This document shows positions 10,754 to 21,091 of a stretch of DNA of 64,000 nucleotides, piece after piece. The translations under genes were made by a program, and so were the position numbers. Location: positions 32,001-96,000 of IMG/VR virus record IMGVR_UViG_3300042914_002334; one strand, written 5' to 3'. Position 1 is the first letter of the stretch. Each line of letters opens with the position of its first letter. This stretch comes from a virus. The notes beneath the pieces were generated by a model that was given only the letters and a program-made list of their open reading frames with translations, did no database searches and had not been told where the DNA came from.

Positions 10754-11104
10754 TTAATAACTCACAGTAACAAAATTGATGTTTCCTTCGGCCCAGTCAG
10801 TGACTTTGGCTCTAAACAAAACAAAATTACCAGTAAAATTCAAGAATCCATTTTTTGAAGCGGATAAATCAAGTTGCTCTACATCAAACCAATCCGTTTC
10901 TGTTGGTTCTGAATATAGAGTTGCCTGTAAAAATACATTACCAACAAAAGAGTTAGAGAATGACCAAGCAAAAGTTTGCAGCGATCTTCCAGCCACATAG
11001 TAACTTGCTGCTTCTTGTGAATCACCAGTAAGTTGCATAAACTCTCCAGCTGGAGAAGTATGACTACTTGCCGATAACAAATTGATAGCAGTTGTTTGTG
11101 CCAT
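10754..11104 (-). CDS. Small beta-rich virion-type protein
   Basis: FVGNVFLQATL...LFRAKV resembles the C-terminal half of 34330-35127. Confidence 0.55.
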   Translation of the reverse strand: MAQTTAINLLSASSHTSPAGEFMQLTGDSQEAASYYVAGRSLQTFAWSFSNSFVGNVFLQATLYSEPTETDWFDVEQLDLSASKNGFLNFTGNFVLFRAKVTDWAEGNINFVTVSY

Positions 11105-11271
11105 TATCCTCTCTCTACTTCGACTATTACATCATTGCCAAGCAATTCTTGAGCAACTTGCTCAATCGCTGCAATAGTTTCTTCGCTTACTAATTCAATA
11201 TCGCCCTGATCATTGGTTTTAGCTAACTTGCTCACTATGATCACTATCGATTGTTCGTAGATTTTCGCCAC
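11104..11271 (-). CDS. Small hypothetical protein, 55 aa (GTG start)
   Basis: Hand-translated MAKIYEQSIVIIVSKL...VIVEVERG. GAGG SD, ATAAATA promoter near 11296, TAATG coupling to the next gene. Confidence 0.7.
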   Translation of the reverse strand: MAKIYEQSIVIIVSKLAKTNDQGDIELVSEETIAAIEQVAQELLGNDVIVEVERG

Positions 11272-12034
11272 AATTTACCTCATCTGTTTCTGTAGTATTT
11301 ATTCTTTTTTCAATTTTACAAAGTTTCAATACTATTCCTGGATACAACATATTTAGATATGTGGCGTGATAATCATTATTCATATCTATCGTCATACCAT
11401 ACCAAATTCCGTAAGTATTTCTATGTCTCATCCATCGAATAGCAGATAGATTGAGTTTTATATCATTATTTTTGTCAATCAAATATTCTCTCACACAAGT
11501 GAGATCGTTATTTTGTATACGTCGAGTCGCTGATCCAAAATACATTCTGTATTTGTATTTTGGATTTACTTGATAGATGACTCCCTTTTCGAAGTTATCT
11601 AATTTTGTAGAATACAGCAATTTTATACCGAGTTTTGGAGTTTTTATTTCGTCGTATAATGACACGAGTTTAGAAATCAACTCTTGAATCTTGTTTTTTG
11701 TTTCTTCGTGATGATATATCACGATGCTATTTGCCCCGCAAAACACAACTTTTATATCAATCTTAGCGGAAACAAGATCAAGAATGAATTTTTTGATTTC
11801 TACATTTATATCAGAATAATTACTCATTACTTCCAATACTGATTTCTTAGTATAAGATGAGTAACTTACGTAACAATCTTCATTCAGATATTCATTTAAA
11901 TTCTCGATGTTCTTTAGCCGGCGCAACAAGAATAAATTCTCGGTGCGAATATATATTTTGTATTTGTATTTGTCAAAGTAATAATTTGTTTTACTTTTTT
12001 CAAGTGCGTATTCAGTGTAGTGTGATAATTCCAT
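11219..12034 (-). CDS. Hypothetical protein
   Basis: 271-aa AT-rich ORF overlapping the end of clpA. Confidence 0.6.
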   Translation of the reverse strand: MELSHYTEYALEKSKTNYYFDKYKYKIYIRTENLFLLRRLKNIENLNEYLNEDCYVSYSSYTKKSVLEVMSNYSDINVEIKKFILDLVSAKIDIKVVFCGANSIVIYHHEETKNKIQELISKLVSLYDEIKTPKLGIKLLYSTKLDNFEKGVIYQVNPKYKYRMYFGSATRRIQNNDLTCVREYLIDKNNDIKLNLSAIRWMRHRNTYGIWYGMTIDMNNDYHATYLNMLYPGIVLKLCKIEKRINTTETDEVNCGENLRTIDSDHSEQVS

Positions 12035-14291
12035 CTTGTCCTACCATACCAGTTAGTTCTACGATCTTATTGATAACAACAAACTCGATTTTGTCGTTGA
12101 TTAGATTTGCAACAATATTTGCGTTCTTCAACTTTTCGAAGATAATCTTTTTACTCAACGGAACTCTAATCAGTTCATCAATTTTACGAGCAAGAGGTCT
12201 TGCACCCATCTTATCGTCATAACCGACCTTTGCAAGATGCTCAATTACATCTTCGCTTAGTGTCAATGTAATAGCATGCTGATTAGTCAATTGCTTTTTA
12301 AGATCATTTGCAAACTTGACAACGATCTTTTTGATTGCCAGTGTGTTCAACTTGTTGAACTTGCAAACCAAATCAATACGATTACGCAATTCAGGCTTAA
12401 AGAATTCCTTTAATGCTTTTTCATCAGAATCAGTTTTGCGTTGATCGCCGAAGCCAATATTGTTTCGCTCACTATCGGCTGCGCCCATATTGCTGGTCAT
12501 GATAACAATAGTATTTTTTGCATTTACTCTCTTACCATTTGTTCCAGTGATAGTTCCCTCGTCGAGTAACTGCAAAAACAAGTTATAAACATCCGGGTGT
12601 GCCTTTTCGACCTCATCGAACAACAAAATAGCATATGGGTTCTTACTCAAGTCGTTGATGATCTTGCCGCCGCCAAGATTGCTGTCTTCATATCCTACAT
12701 ATCCAGGAGGTGCGCCGATCAAGCCTGCAACGCTATGCTTTTCTTGATACTCACTCATATCATACTTGAGTAGTTTCATATCCAGATGTTCGCTTAACAG
12801 ACGAGCCAGTTCTGTTTTACCTGTTCCAGTGGGTCCAAGAAACAAGAAACTTGCCATGGGCTTCTTTTCATTTGCGATTCCAGCATAACTGACATAAATT
12901 CTATCAAGAACAGAGTCCACCACATGTTCCTGACCGTATAGTTTTTCCTTGATGTTGATATCGATGACTGTAATACGCTCGTTCTTGTCGTGATCCAACT
13001 TGTCTTCCGGAATGTTGGCCATCTTGCTAATTTGTTCTCTGATATCATCGGCCGTAATAAACGCACCAACATTATTTTCGACTCGTTGCTTTGCACACGC
13101 AGCATCAAGCAAATCTATGCTCTTGTCTGGATTCTTTTTGTCGTGAATGTATCTGCTGCCGTATTCGATTGCACTTTCGATTGCATCATCTTGAATGGTA
13201 ACGCTATGGAAAGTGTTCAACTTATCGCTCAAGCCATGCAGAATTTTCTTTGTAGTTTCAAGTGATGGCTCATCCACACTTACACGATAGAATCGACGCA
13301 TAAGAGCACGATCCTTTTCAAAACTATCGTAGTATTCTTCCCAAGTGGTGCTGGCTATGATTTTTAGAGTGCCCTTGGTGATCGCAGGCTTGATCATATT
13401 TGAGAAGTCAATGCTACTGGTAGAACTTCCGCCGGCGCCTCGCATAGTGTGTGCTTCGTCAATAAACAGAATGACATTCTTTTTAGTGTTTAGCGCATCA
13501 AGAACATTCTTGACCTTTTCTTCAAAGTCACCTCGATACTTACTCCCAGCAAGCAAACTGGCAATCTCAAGAGAGAACAACTCGTGTTCCTTTAAGAAAT
13601 CAGATACATCATCATTCACGATTTTGTGTGCAAGACCCTCTGCGATTGCGGTTTTACCAACACCGGGTTCTCCAACCATCAATACATTACTCTTGTATTT
13701 CTTGGCAAGAATATTTACGATGTCATAAATCTCGGTGTCGCGACCAATAACTGGATCAATCTTTCCGTCTCGTGCCAACTGAGTTAGATTCACGGTATGT
13801 TCAGCGAGAACTTCATCTGCTTGTTCTTCTGTCATTTTTGCAGACAACTTTGCATTCTTTGCACTCTTTTGCCAGTGAGCAATAAATTCGTTTCTGGTCA
13901 CACCCCACTTTAGCAAGAAGTAGTGAGCATGAGTATTGGTTTCAGCCATGATACTCAAATACAAGTCAACGATCTCGATCTGACGACGACCAGTGAATAA
14001 CACTTGCGTTACCGCACGATTGAACATTCGTTCCAAAGCAGTAGTTCTTTTTGGATGATAATCGTCAGTTACATTTTTTGCGGCCAAGTGTGTTTGTTGC
14101 TCAAGAAATGCAGTTAGATCAATAATCATTGCGTCTACATCAACGCCAAATGATTCAAGAGTTTTCTTAAAAGAGTTCTGCGATACCAAACTCAGCAAAG
14201 TATGCTCTAAGGTAACATATTTGTGTTTTAGTTTTTTGGAAAAAATTACTGCGTTTTCGATTATTTGCTCAATTTCTGGATTATTGATCAT
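12012..14291 (-). CDS. clpA: ClpA-type AAA+ unfoldase
   Basis: Clp N-domain, two Walker A motifs (GEPGVGKT, GPTGTGKT), GAPPGYVG, IGF loop, MGARPL. Confidence 0.93.
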   Translation of the reverse strand: MINNPEIEQIIENAVIFSKKLKHKYVTLEHTLLSLVSQNSFKKTLESFGVDVDAMIIDLTAFLEQQTHLAAKNVTDDYHPKRTTALERMFNRAVTQVLFTGRRQIEIVDLYLSIMAETNTHAHYFLLKWGVTRNEFIAHWQKSAKNAKLSAKMTEEQADEVLAEHTVNLTQLARDGKIDPVIGRDTEIYDIVNILAKKYKSNVLMVGEPGVGKTAIAEGLAHKIVNDDVSDFLKEHELFSLEIASLLAGSKYRGDFEEKVKNVLDALNTKKNVILFIDEAHTMRGAGGSSTSSIDFSNMIKPAITKGTLKIIASTTWEEYYDSFEKDRALMRRFYRVSVDEPSLETTKKILHGLSDKLNTFHSVTIQDDAIESAIEYGSRYIHDKKNPDKSIDLLDAACAKQRVENNVGAFITADDIREQISKMANIPEDKLDHDKNERITVIDINIKEKLYGQEHVVDSVLDRIYVSYAGIANEKKPMASFLFLGPTGTGKTELARLLSEHLDMKLLKYDMSEYQEKHSVAGLIGAPPGYVGYEDSNLGGGKIINDLSKNPYAILLFDEVEKAHPDVYNLFLQLLDEGTITGTNGKRVNAKNTIVIMTSNMGAADSERNNIGFGDQRKTDSDEKALKEFFKPELRNRIDLVCKFNKLNTLAIKKIVVKFANDLKKQLTNQHAITLTLSEDVIEHLAKVGYDDKMGARPLARKIDELIRVPLSKKIIFEKLKNANIVANLINDKIEFVVINKIVELTGMVGQDGIITLH

Positions 14292-15057
14292 TATGATCCT
14301 TTCGTGTTTGATTTCGTTCGTTGTTTATTGCCAAAAGCAGTTCATCGCTTATATTATCAGGAATTTCTGCTTTAATCAAGATATATTGGTCACCTACTCG
14401 TGAATTATTTTTTAGTCCTCTGCCGGGAATTCTCAATTGATACTCTGGCTTAGTATTAGGTCTAATAGTAATTTCCAAATTGGTTCCATCCAAAGCAGTA
14501 AATTGTATTTTTGTTCCAATTATCAAATCGAATACATTGATAGGAACTACTGAGTGCAAATCCAGTCCGTGTCTGCGAAATTTTAGATGCTCGGTAATTA
14601 GAAATGTGATTTGTAAACTGGCATTAGGAATAACATTCTCATATCTGATTGCCTGCCCATGATCTATCCCTTTTGGAACATTTATTTCCACATACTTCAT
14701 TCCTTGTGGAGTGTTGATTTGTAGCGTTTTTACGCTATCGACCAATATATCTTCAAGCGACAAGTGAATTGCAAAATTATACATTTGCACATTCGTAAAA
14801 TTACGCATATTGAACATACTATTAAATATGTCATTTATGGAATCAAAACCTCCACCGAAGTGCTCGTGATGTGGGTTATCATAAGCAGATCGCTTTTCAG
14901 GATCGCTCAATGCGTCATATGCTGCTTGAATTTGTTGGAAAGTTTTTGTGTCGCCGCCACGATCAGGGTGATGTTTTGCCGCTAACTTTCTATATGCTTG
15001 TTTTATTTCCTCTTGAGAGGAGTTCTTGGATACTCCAAGAGTTGCGTAGTGATCCAT
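14281..15057 (-). CDS. dnaJ: DnaJ/CbpA-type co-chaperone (no Zn finger)
   Basis: J-domain with HPD (MDHYATLGV...KHHPDRGG) plus DnaJ C-domain; start moved to ATG 15057. Confidence 0.9.
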   Translation of the reverse strand: MDHYATLGVSKNSSQEEIKQAYRKLAAKHHPDRGGDTKTFQQIQAAYDALSDPEKRSAYDNPHHEHFGGGFDSINDIFNSMFNMRNFTNVQMYNFAIHLSLEDILVDSVKTLQINTPQGMKYVEINVPKGIDHGQAIRYENVIPNASLQITFLITEHLKFRRHGLDLHSVVPINVFDLIIGTKIQFTALDGTNLEITIRPNTKPEYQLRIPGRGLKNNSRVGDQYILIKAEIPDNISDELLLAINNERNQTRKDHNDQ

Positions 15058-15070
15058 TATTTTATTTTTG

Positions 15071-15120
15071 TGTTGAGTATTACTCAACAAAATATATCAC
15101 AATGTTGAGCAAAAATCAAT
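15071..15120 (-). promoter_or_regulatory. sigma70-type promoter and palindrome upstream of dnaJ-clpA
   Basis: TTGATT-17-TATATT followed by TGTTGAGTA-A-TACTCAACA (15071-15089). Confidence 0.55.
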
Positions 15121-15571
15121 CTTTTCCGGCAATTTTTTCTTTTGTGCGGCCGTATGCAGTAATTCCTATACAAGCACCCATAGATATATGAAACAGCCCT
15201 GCGCCCTGCAAAGTCACGGGTTGCCATTGGCTGACTACACTTCCATTGCTTATTGCTTGTAGTATGGACCATAATACAGGAAATAACATAAAGTCGGTAA
15301 TACATGCTGCTATATAGACCCAGCCCAGCATGGGTCTCCATCTTTTGTTTACCCAATCTTTGTTATCGTTGTCTACCAATACTTCTGCATTTTGAGCAGC
15401 GTTGTCGCCGGCAGTAGTGAGATTCAATTGAGGTTGAGCGGCTCGGTGAGTGCTATCATAACTACTTGATTGAAATTGTGGCATTTCTGGATCAGCGACA
15501 AGCATTTCATATGCTACATCATTTGTGGCCACTGATGCATTACAGTTTCTTTTTGCTAATAGTGTAGTCAT
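15116..15571 (-). CDS. Holin-like membrane protein (3TM / GTA-holin type)
   Basis: W.NKRWRPMLGW motif, hydrophobic helices, terminal YGRTKEK. Confidence 0.7.
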   Translation of the reverse strand: MTTLLAKRNCNASVATNDVAYEMLVADPEMPQFQSSSYDSTHRAAQPQLNLTTAGDNAAQNAEVLVDNDNKDWVNKRWRPMLGWVYIAACITDFMLFPVLWSILQAISNGSVVSQWQPVTLQGAGLFHISMGACIGITAYGRTKEKIAGKD

Positions 15572-15572
15572 A

Positions 15573-16109
15573 TCAATTTATCCCCGCTTGTCGTTGTAAA
15601 TTCAAGATGTCCTCATCGGTTTCGTAAACCTTTGATGTTTTTATTCCAGCGATTTCTCTCCACTCGTTCAAATCTTTGTCATTTTCTTTTTTGTAATCTT
15701 GTGAAGTAAGAGAAATATTATTCGCTATGTTTTCTCTTGTTGCCGGAAATTTGTCGCTCTTAATTTTTAGAGTCCAGTCTTCGCCCTTTACGCCAGTTAA
15801 AGTATCAATATCGTCAAGTATTTCCATTATTTTTCTTGGTGAACTTGGTCTGCGATTTAATTCGGCAAAAACATAGTATTTACCACGCTCCACTTCACCT
15901 GGACTAATATCTGCGTCTATGATAAACTCATAGCCACGTTCAAGCCAAGTAACCAAATCTTCACCTGCTTCTTTTGCAGTGACCATAAAACTCAGCGTGA
16001 TGATTTCGCTGTCATCGCCAATTCTTGACTTGAACTCATCTATTCCGAGCGTTGTGATCAGAATGTCTTTTAAGTCAAGATGTTTTAGGCTTTCATTTAA
16101 TTGAATCAT
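15573..16109 (-). CDS. Hypothetical protein, probably head-associated
   Basis: Begins MIQLNES; ends with two xxAGI helix motifs. Confidence 0.6.
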   Translation of the reverse strand: MIQLNESLKHLDLKDILITTLGIDEFKSRIGDDSEIITLSFMVTAKEAGEDLVTWLERGYEFIIDADISPGEVERGKYYVFAELNRRPSSPRKIMEILDDIDTLTGVKGEDWTLKIKSDKFPATRENIANNISLTSQDYKKENDKDLNEWREIAGIKTSKVYETDEDILNLQRQAGIN

Positions 16110-16741
16110 ATCGGTGGTAATCCAGCCAAATCAGGCGGTAATCCGCCCATAGGTCCTCCCATTGGACCGCCCATAGGGCCTCCCATTGGACCGCTCATAC
16201 CCTGTTGCCCCAGTTCTTGATCCTTTAATGACTCAGTATCATAATCCTTTTGATATGCGTCATCCAAGTCTCCAAGATCAATGGTTTGATCTGCGATATC
16301 TACACTACCTTCTCTTATATCTGACATCAACTGCTTTGGAACGCATATGTTGATGAGCCACACCGTTATAGAGATCATTTTTGGATAGTGTGATCCTGGT
16401 TTGAAATCGCTTGCGCTTTTTATTTCAATGGGTATTTTTATTTTTGTTTTCTTGAATGCCACTTTGCATCCAAGTGGTAGTAATCTTTTTGCTCCTCGTG
16501 GATCAGGCATCAGTGATTTTGGCCACATAAAAGTACAAGATACATCGTATCTGTTTACTACTGGACCATCCACTAATTCTCCGAGTTGCCAATTCTTAAA
16601 CGCATAGATGTCTGCTTCATCCAGAACTCTTTCGAAGTCAAGTAAAGTAGACATTGTTCCATCACTGGTGTATATGCCTTTGATATTATTGACAATTTCG
16701 CTCCAATCTGGAGAATCTAAAAAGGTATACTTCTTTGTCAT
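16106..16741 (-). CDS. Hypothetical late protein with GPMG-repeat tail
   Basis: Start moved to ATG 16741, 7 nt after GATAAATA; 12-bp GGPM repeats near 16143-16197. Confidence 0.65.
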   Translation of the reverse strand: MTKKYTFLDSPDWSEIVNNIKGIYTSDGTMSTLLDFERVLDEADIYAFKNWQLGELVDGPVVNRYDVSCTFMWPKSLMPDPRGAKRLLPLGCKVAFKKTKIKIPIEIKSASDFKPGSHYPKMISITVWLINICVPKQLMSDIREGSVDIADQTIDLGDLDDAYQKDYDTESLKDQELGQQGMSGPMGGPMGGPMGGPMGGLPPDLAGLPPI

Positions 16742-16748
16742 GATAGAG

Positions 16749-16772
16749 TATTTATCAAACCTCTGATAAATA
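16749..16772. promoter_or_regulatory. Back-to-back late promoters (GATAAATA on both strands)
   Basis: tatttatc-aaacctct-gataaata between divergent genes; matches the T4 late box TATAAATA. Confidence 0.75.
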
Positions 16773-16797
16773 CTATTAAACAATAGTGAGACAAATC

Positions 16798-17106
16798 ATG
16801 AAGGTCACCGAATTACTAAAACAATTATCTCAGATGATGTCTGATGTTGATACCACCGAAGTAGTTGAGCCAGAAGAGCCACAACCAGAAGTTGGCGTCT
16901 TTATGCCTCCATTACAAGCAGAATTGGAATTATTCAAAAAATCAAATAATTTGGATAATGTTTATGACAACGAATCTTGTGATGAGCCAGTTGATTACAA
17001 AGAAGAATCAGATGCGGCTCCAGAAGATGAACTTGATCGAATGAAAAAAATGGCTGGTATAGAACCAACCATTATAGTGAAAACTTCTAACACTCCAACT
17101 TTCTAA
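16798..17106 (+). CDS. Small acidic protein, probably head-internal
   Basis: MKVTELLKQ start; EDELDRMKKMAGI motif. Confidence 0.65.
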   Translation: MKVTELLKQLSQMMSDVDTTEVVEPEEPQPEVGVFMPPLQAELELFKKSNNLDNVYDNESCDEPVDYKEESDAAPEDELDRMKKMAGIEPTIIVKTSNTPTF

Positions 17107-17107
17107 A

Positions 17108-18955
17108 ATGGGCACACTCCAAAGAATATTCAGTAGCAGAAGTGCTGCCGATGCTAATTCTTATATAGGGCGCGCTGGTCATATTTTTTACGAAGAAAGC
17201 GATACGCCCGGAGTTGCTCCAATTATAAAATATAGCGACGGTATCACACCTGGTGGTATTCCTATTTCTGGAAATTCAGGTGGCAGTGGTAGCGTGAACA
17301 GCATAGAAGTGAGCGGAGGAACTACAGGACTAACAACAGACGGCGGTCCAATAACCTCATCGGGAACGATAACATTAAATGGAGTCTTGAATGTCGCTGC
17401 CGGCGGGACTGGCGCAAACAATCCAGTAACCGCAAGAACTAACTTGGACGCAGCAAGAAGAGGCAATAACAACGACATAACAAGTTTGAGTGGGTTGACA
17501 ACTCCACTATCCGTCGAACAGGGCGGAACTGGAGCGAATTCATTGGCTGGATATCTCAGAGGAAACAATGCAGATTCATTTACTGCAACTACTACCATTC
17601 CATTCAGCGACATTACTGGAGTTGTTCCAGTTAGTCAGGGCGGAACTGGGCAAAGCACGCTTTCTGCTGGTGTTTTAGTAAGTGATGGAACTACAATCAG
17701 CACCACTAATTTTATATCTGGGTCCGTCATTGACGGAAACATAAGCGGAAACTCTCTAAATGTCACCGGCGTAGTAGAAATAAATCACGGGGGAACTGGT
17801 GGCAATACTCCAAGCAGTGCAAGAATCGCGCTTGGAGTAGCAAAGAGTGGAGCCAACGGGGACATAACAAGTTTAAGTGGACTTACTACTCCTCTTAGTA
17901 TTGATCAGGGCGGAACCGGCGCATCAACTTCCTCAGATGCACTATCGGCTTTACTACCAAGTCAGACCGGAAATACAAATAAAGTTTTGATAACAGACGG
18001 AACCAGTGCAAGTTGGGGTAGTTTTTCTCAGAGTAGAGCCGCAAGAGTGTTAGTAGTAGGAATAGACGCGGCAACCATACAAGAATGCATTGATCTTGCA
18101 AGTAATGTAAGCGCCGCTAATGCATATATAGTTCAAATTCCACCAGGAAGATATATAGAGAACTTGACTTTGCGCGGTGGTGTAATGATTCAAGGTATGG
18201 GTAATCAAGCAGACCCAACCAGTGTTGTTATTACTGGGTATCATACATTAAATGGGGCGGCACTGAATGCACTCAGCAACACAGTATCAGTTGCCAATAT
18301 AGTATTTGCGGCTGATACATCACTAAATCCTGTATTCAGTATTAGCGGAACAACGGCAACACAGTTTAATGTTCAAGGATGCTACATTCAGAATACTAAT
18401 ATCAATACCTCTGCACACGCATTTCAGATTGGCACTAATGTATCACTTTATCTTGACAATTGCAACATTCAAATGGTGGCTGGATCAGGAACTCAATTCA
18501 ATATGAGTGGTGGATCAATATATCTAAGAAATGTTAGATCAAATAGCGGTAGCAAAATCATCAACATGTCGGCGCCTGCATATGCAGAACTTACATACTC
18601 TACTTTAAGTTGTGCAGGAACATCCGAGGCAATTACCGTATATGGAAACGGGGCTGCTGAACCATTTCCACTAAGTGGATTAGTCAGTGCTGGGTGGACC
18701 TCAATACAAAATACAGCGTCAAATGGTAACGGAGTAAATCTTGCTGCAAGTGGAGCAAGCATGCTTGCGTATTCTTGTTCGTTTGATGTGTTGGCTGACG
18801 CTTCTAATTATGTAGTGACTGGGGTTGCGGGAACCAGTTTTGTTCAACTAAACAACAATTACGCTAATATTCCCGGTATATTGTCCAGAAACATAAAGAT
18901 TAAAAATACCGTCGCATTGCTAACCCACAGCAGTTCACTGAGTAGCAGTGCTTAA
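17108..18955 (+). CDS. Tail fibre/spike with a C-terminal beta-helix domain
   Basis: GGTGA repeats, then a TIQECID...IPPGRYIENLTL..GVMIQG pectin-lyase-like cap. Confidence 0.75.
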   Translation: MGTLQRIFSSRSAADANSYIGRAGHIFYEESDTPGVAPIIKYSDGITPGGIPISGNSGGSGSVNSIEVSGGTTGLTTDGGPITSSGTITLNGVLNVAAGGTGANNPVTARTNLDAARRGNNNDITSLSGLTTPLSVEQGGTGANSLAGYLRGNNADSFTATTTIPFSDITGVVPVSQGGTGQSTLSAGVLVSDGTTISTTNFISGSVIDGNISGNSLNVTGVVEINHGGTGGNTPSSARIALGVAKSGANGDITSLSGLTTPLSIDQGGTGASTSSDALSALLPSQTGNTNKVLITDGTSASWGSFSQSRAARVLVVGIDAATIQECIDLASNVSAANAYIVQIPPGRYIENLTLRGGVMIQGMGNQADPTSVVITGYHTLNGAALNALSNTVSVANIVFAADTSLNPVFSISGTTATQFNVQGCYIQNTNINTSAHAFQIGTNVSLYLDNCNIQMVAGSGTQFNMSGGSIYLRNVRSNSGSKIINMSAPAYAELTYSTLSCAGTSEAITVYGNGAAEPFPLSGLVSAGWTSIQNTASNGNGVNLAASGASMLAYSCSFDVLADASNYVVTGVAGTSFVQLNNNYANIPGILSRNIKIKNTVALLTHSSSLSSSA

Positions 18956-19086
18956 TCAGCAATTCTACGCACAGAATAATATTTATCAAAATACTTGACG
19001 AAATAAGTGCATCAGTGTCACATATCACCTGAACTTAAATACATTGTCATCGTCACAATGACATTTAACAAAACAGGAGATATACC

Positions 19087-19869
19087 TTGGGAAGAAGACG
19101 AAACAACGCGATGCGTAAGGAACAAGAGCAATTCAGCATGATCAGCAATAAGCAGACAAAAGCATTTTATCAAAAGCATCAAACAAAACAGGAGTCAAAT
19201 ACTATTCCATTTAATGCAACAAAGATAAAGCGTCAAATTGATTTAATTCCAAAAACACGAAATCAAGAAGCATATATATTGGCCCTTACTAATCCCTCAA
19301 CAGATGTAGTAGTGGTTAGTGGGCCTGCCGGAACAGGTAAAACTTATCTGGCCATGTTGGCTGCAATCAAAGCACTAAAAAACAAAGAGTGTGAGCGTAT
19401 AATTCTTAGCAGACCTGCGGTTGGGGTCGATGATGAAAAACACGGATTCTTACCTGGTGACTTAAATCAAAAAATGGAGCCTTGGACTCGTCCACTTCTT
19501 GATGTGTTGCGTGAGTATTACTCAGTGAAAGAAATCGAGTATATGCTTGATGAACAAATCGTAGAAATCGCTCCACTTGCTTTTATGAGAGGTAGAACTT
19601 TTAAGAATAGTTGGATCATTTTAGATGAAAGTCAAAATGCCACACCAAGTCAAATGAAGATGATACTTACAAGAATTGGCGAAAACAGCAAGATAATAGT
19701 GACAGGCGATATTGAGCAAACAGATCGCAAACGCTTGGACAACGGTCTTCTTGATCTTGAAGATCGTCTTAAAAAGCACAATGTCCCTGGATTAGAGATT
19801 TGCAAATTCGATCTAAAGGATGTTCAGCGACACTCTATCATAGAACATGTGATAAAAATGTATAATTAA
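19087..19869 (+). CDS. phoH: PhoH-family ATPase
   Basis: GPAGTGKT, GFLPGDL, FMRGRTF, DESQN, GDIEQTD; AGGAG SD before a TTG start. Confidence 0.95.
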   Translation: MGRRRNNAMRKEQEQFSMISNKQTKAFYQKHQTKQESNTIPFNATKIKRQIDLIPKTRNQEAYILALTNPSTDVVVVSGPAGTGKTYLAMLAAIKALKNKECERIILSRPAVGVDDEKHGFLPGDLNQKMEPWTRPLLDVLREYYSVKEIEYMLDEQIVEIAPLAFMRGRTFKNSWIILDESQNATPSQMKMILTRIGENSKIIVTGDIEQTDRKRLDNGLLDLEDRLKKHNVPGLEICKFDLKDVQRHSIIEHVIKMYN

Positions 19870-19877
19870 ATTGTGAC

Positions 19878-19904
19878 AAAAAAGCCTGCTTAAGCAGGCT
19901 TTTT
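19878..19904. terminator. Bidirectional terminator
   Basis: aaaagcctgc-ttaa-gcaggctttt between convergent genes. Confidence 0.8.
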
Positions 19905-20162
19905 AGTTTCTTTGGTTTCGTTCAGTAGCAACAATTGTTCTATCAATTCTGGATATACTTTCTGATAGTAATCATTCATTTTCTCGAAACTGGTTGGCAT
20001 AACAGAGCCTCCTATTACACACTTGACCACTTTGCGCTCTTTGTAATCAAGAATTACATTACAAGTTGTCTCGTCATTTTTCTTTAGTCTCTTGCTAAAC
20101 CCAATCTGTTCGTCGATCTGATTGTTGGGTTTTTTATAGTATGTTACAAGTAAGTATCTCAT
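19890..20162 (-). CDS. Hypothetical protein
   Basis: 90-aa ORF coupled (ATGA) to the clamp loader gene. Confidence 0.65.
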   Translation of the reverse strand: MRYLLVTYYKKPNNQIDEQIGFSKRLKKNDETTCNVILDYKERKVVKCVIGGSVMPTSFEKMNDYYQKVYPELIEQLLLLNETKETKKPA

Positions 20163-21091
20163 TGCGTCAACTCAATAATCGTAGCACTTACGCTTATCTC
20201 TGGAATTCCAACTAAACTTAAATTGGCCAATCCATTTCTAATCGTAATGATGGCGGCATCTTTTTTCTCTTGTGTTTTGCCCCACAAGTTCAAATTGGAA
20301 TACATCCATCGATATAGGTCTTCTACTCGCGTTGGATTCAAACTCAAAAATTGAAGTAGTTGTTCACGACCTTCTAAAACTTTACCAGCCTTGAATGAAT
20401 TAGTTATCTCTACCAACAGTGCGTCTTGATCGTTTACGGTATTCTGCGCGGCAAGCAATACTCCAGTGCTGCTATTTACTTGAAGTAAATTCAAACACTT
20501 TCTTAAGTCTGGGTAAGTTGCTGCGACATAATTGTCAAGAGTATCTAACTCAAACTCGATATTTTCTGTCATTAGAACCGTTGCTGCTCTGGCAGTGAAT
20601 TCGATTCTATCCGCTTTTGTAATGGTAAAAACAGGACAACGAGATTTTAACGCTGGAATAATTTTGTGTTCGTAATTACAAGTCAGAATAAATCTGACAC
20701 TACTGCTGTATACCTCAATATCTCCACGCAACATTGCTTGCCCGTTTGGAGTAAGATAGTCTGCCTCGTCAAGCAATACAATCTTGAACTTACCAAATGG
20801 TAATGTTTGAACAAAACTCAACACCTTGTCTCTGATAACTTCTACGCCGTTTTCTCTACTGGCGTTTATTTCGAGAACATCATAATCGTTCACACCCAAT
20901 TCAGCAATTAGAACTTTTGACAAGGTCGTCTTGCCAGTGCCAGGCTCTCCACTGAGTGTTATGTTTGGAATAGTGCCGTTTTTTATCCAATCTTTTACTT
21001 GCTGTTGAAGTCGTTCATCAACAAATACATAATCATTGATGTTGTTCGGGCGATACTTTTCCACCCACAATTTGTTTTTCATGTTCATCAT
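20159..21091 (-). CDS. Clamp loader large subunit (gp44/RFC-like)
   Basis: LWVEKYRP, GEPGTGKT, EINAS, LDEAD, SRC motifs. Confidence 0.93.
   Translation of the reverse strand: MMNMKNKLWVEKYRPNNINDYVFVDERLQQQVKDWIKNGTIPNITLSGEPGTGKTTLSKVLIAELGVNDYDVLEINASRENGVEVIRDKVLSFVQTLPFGKFKIVLLDEADYLTPNGQAMLRGDIEVYSSSVRFILTCNYEHKIIPALKSRCPVFTITKADRIEFTARAATVLMTENIEFELDTLDNYVAATYPDLRKCLNLLQVNSSTGVLLAAQNTVNDQDALLVEITNSFKAGKVLEGREQLLQFLSLNPTRVEDLYRWMYSNLNLWGKTQEKKDAAIITIRNGLANLSLVGIPEISVSATIIELTQ

Noticed and set aside
18980-18987. Antisense late promoter into the tailspike gene
   Set aside because: A single GATAAATA in AT-rich DNA with no downstream gene or terminator; may be chance or a relic.
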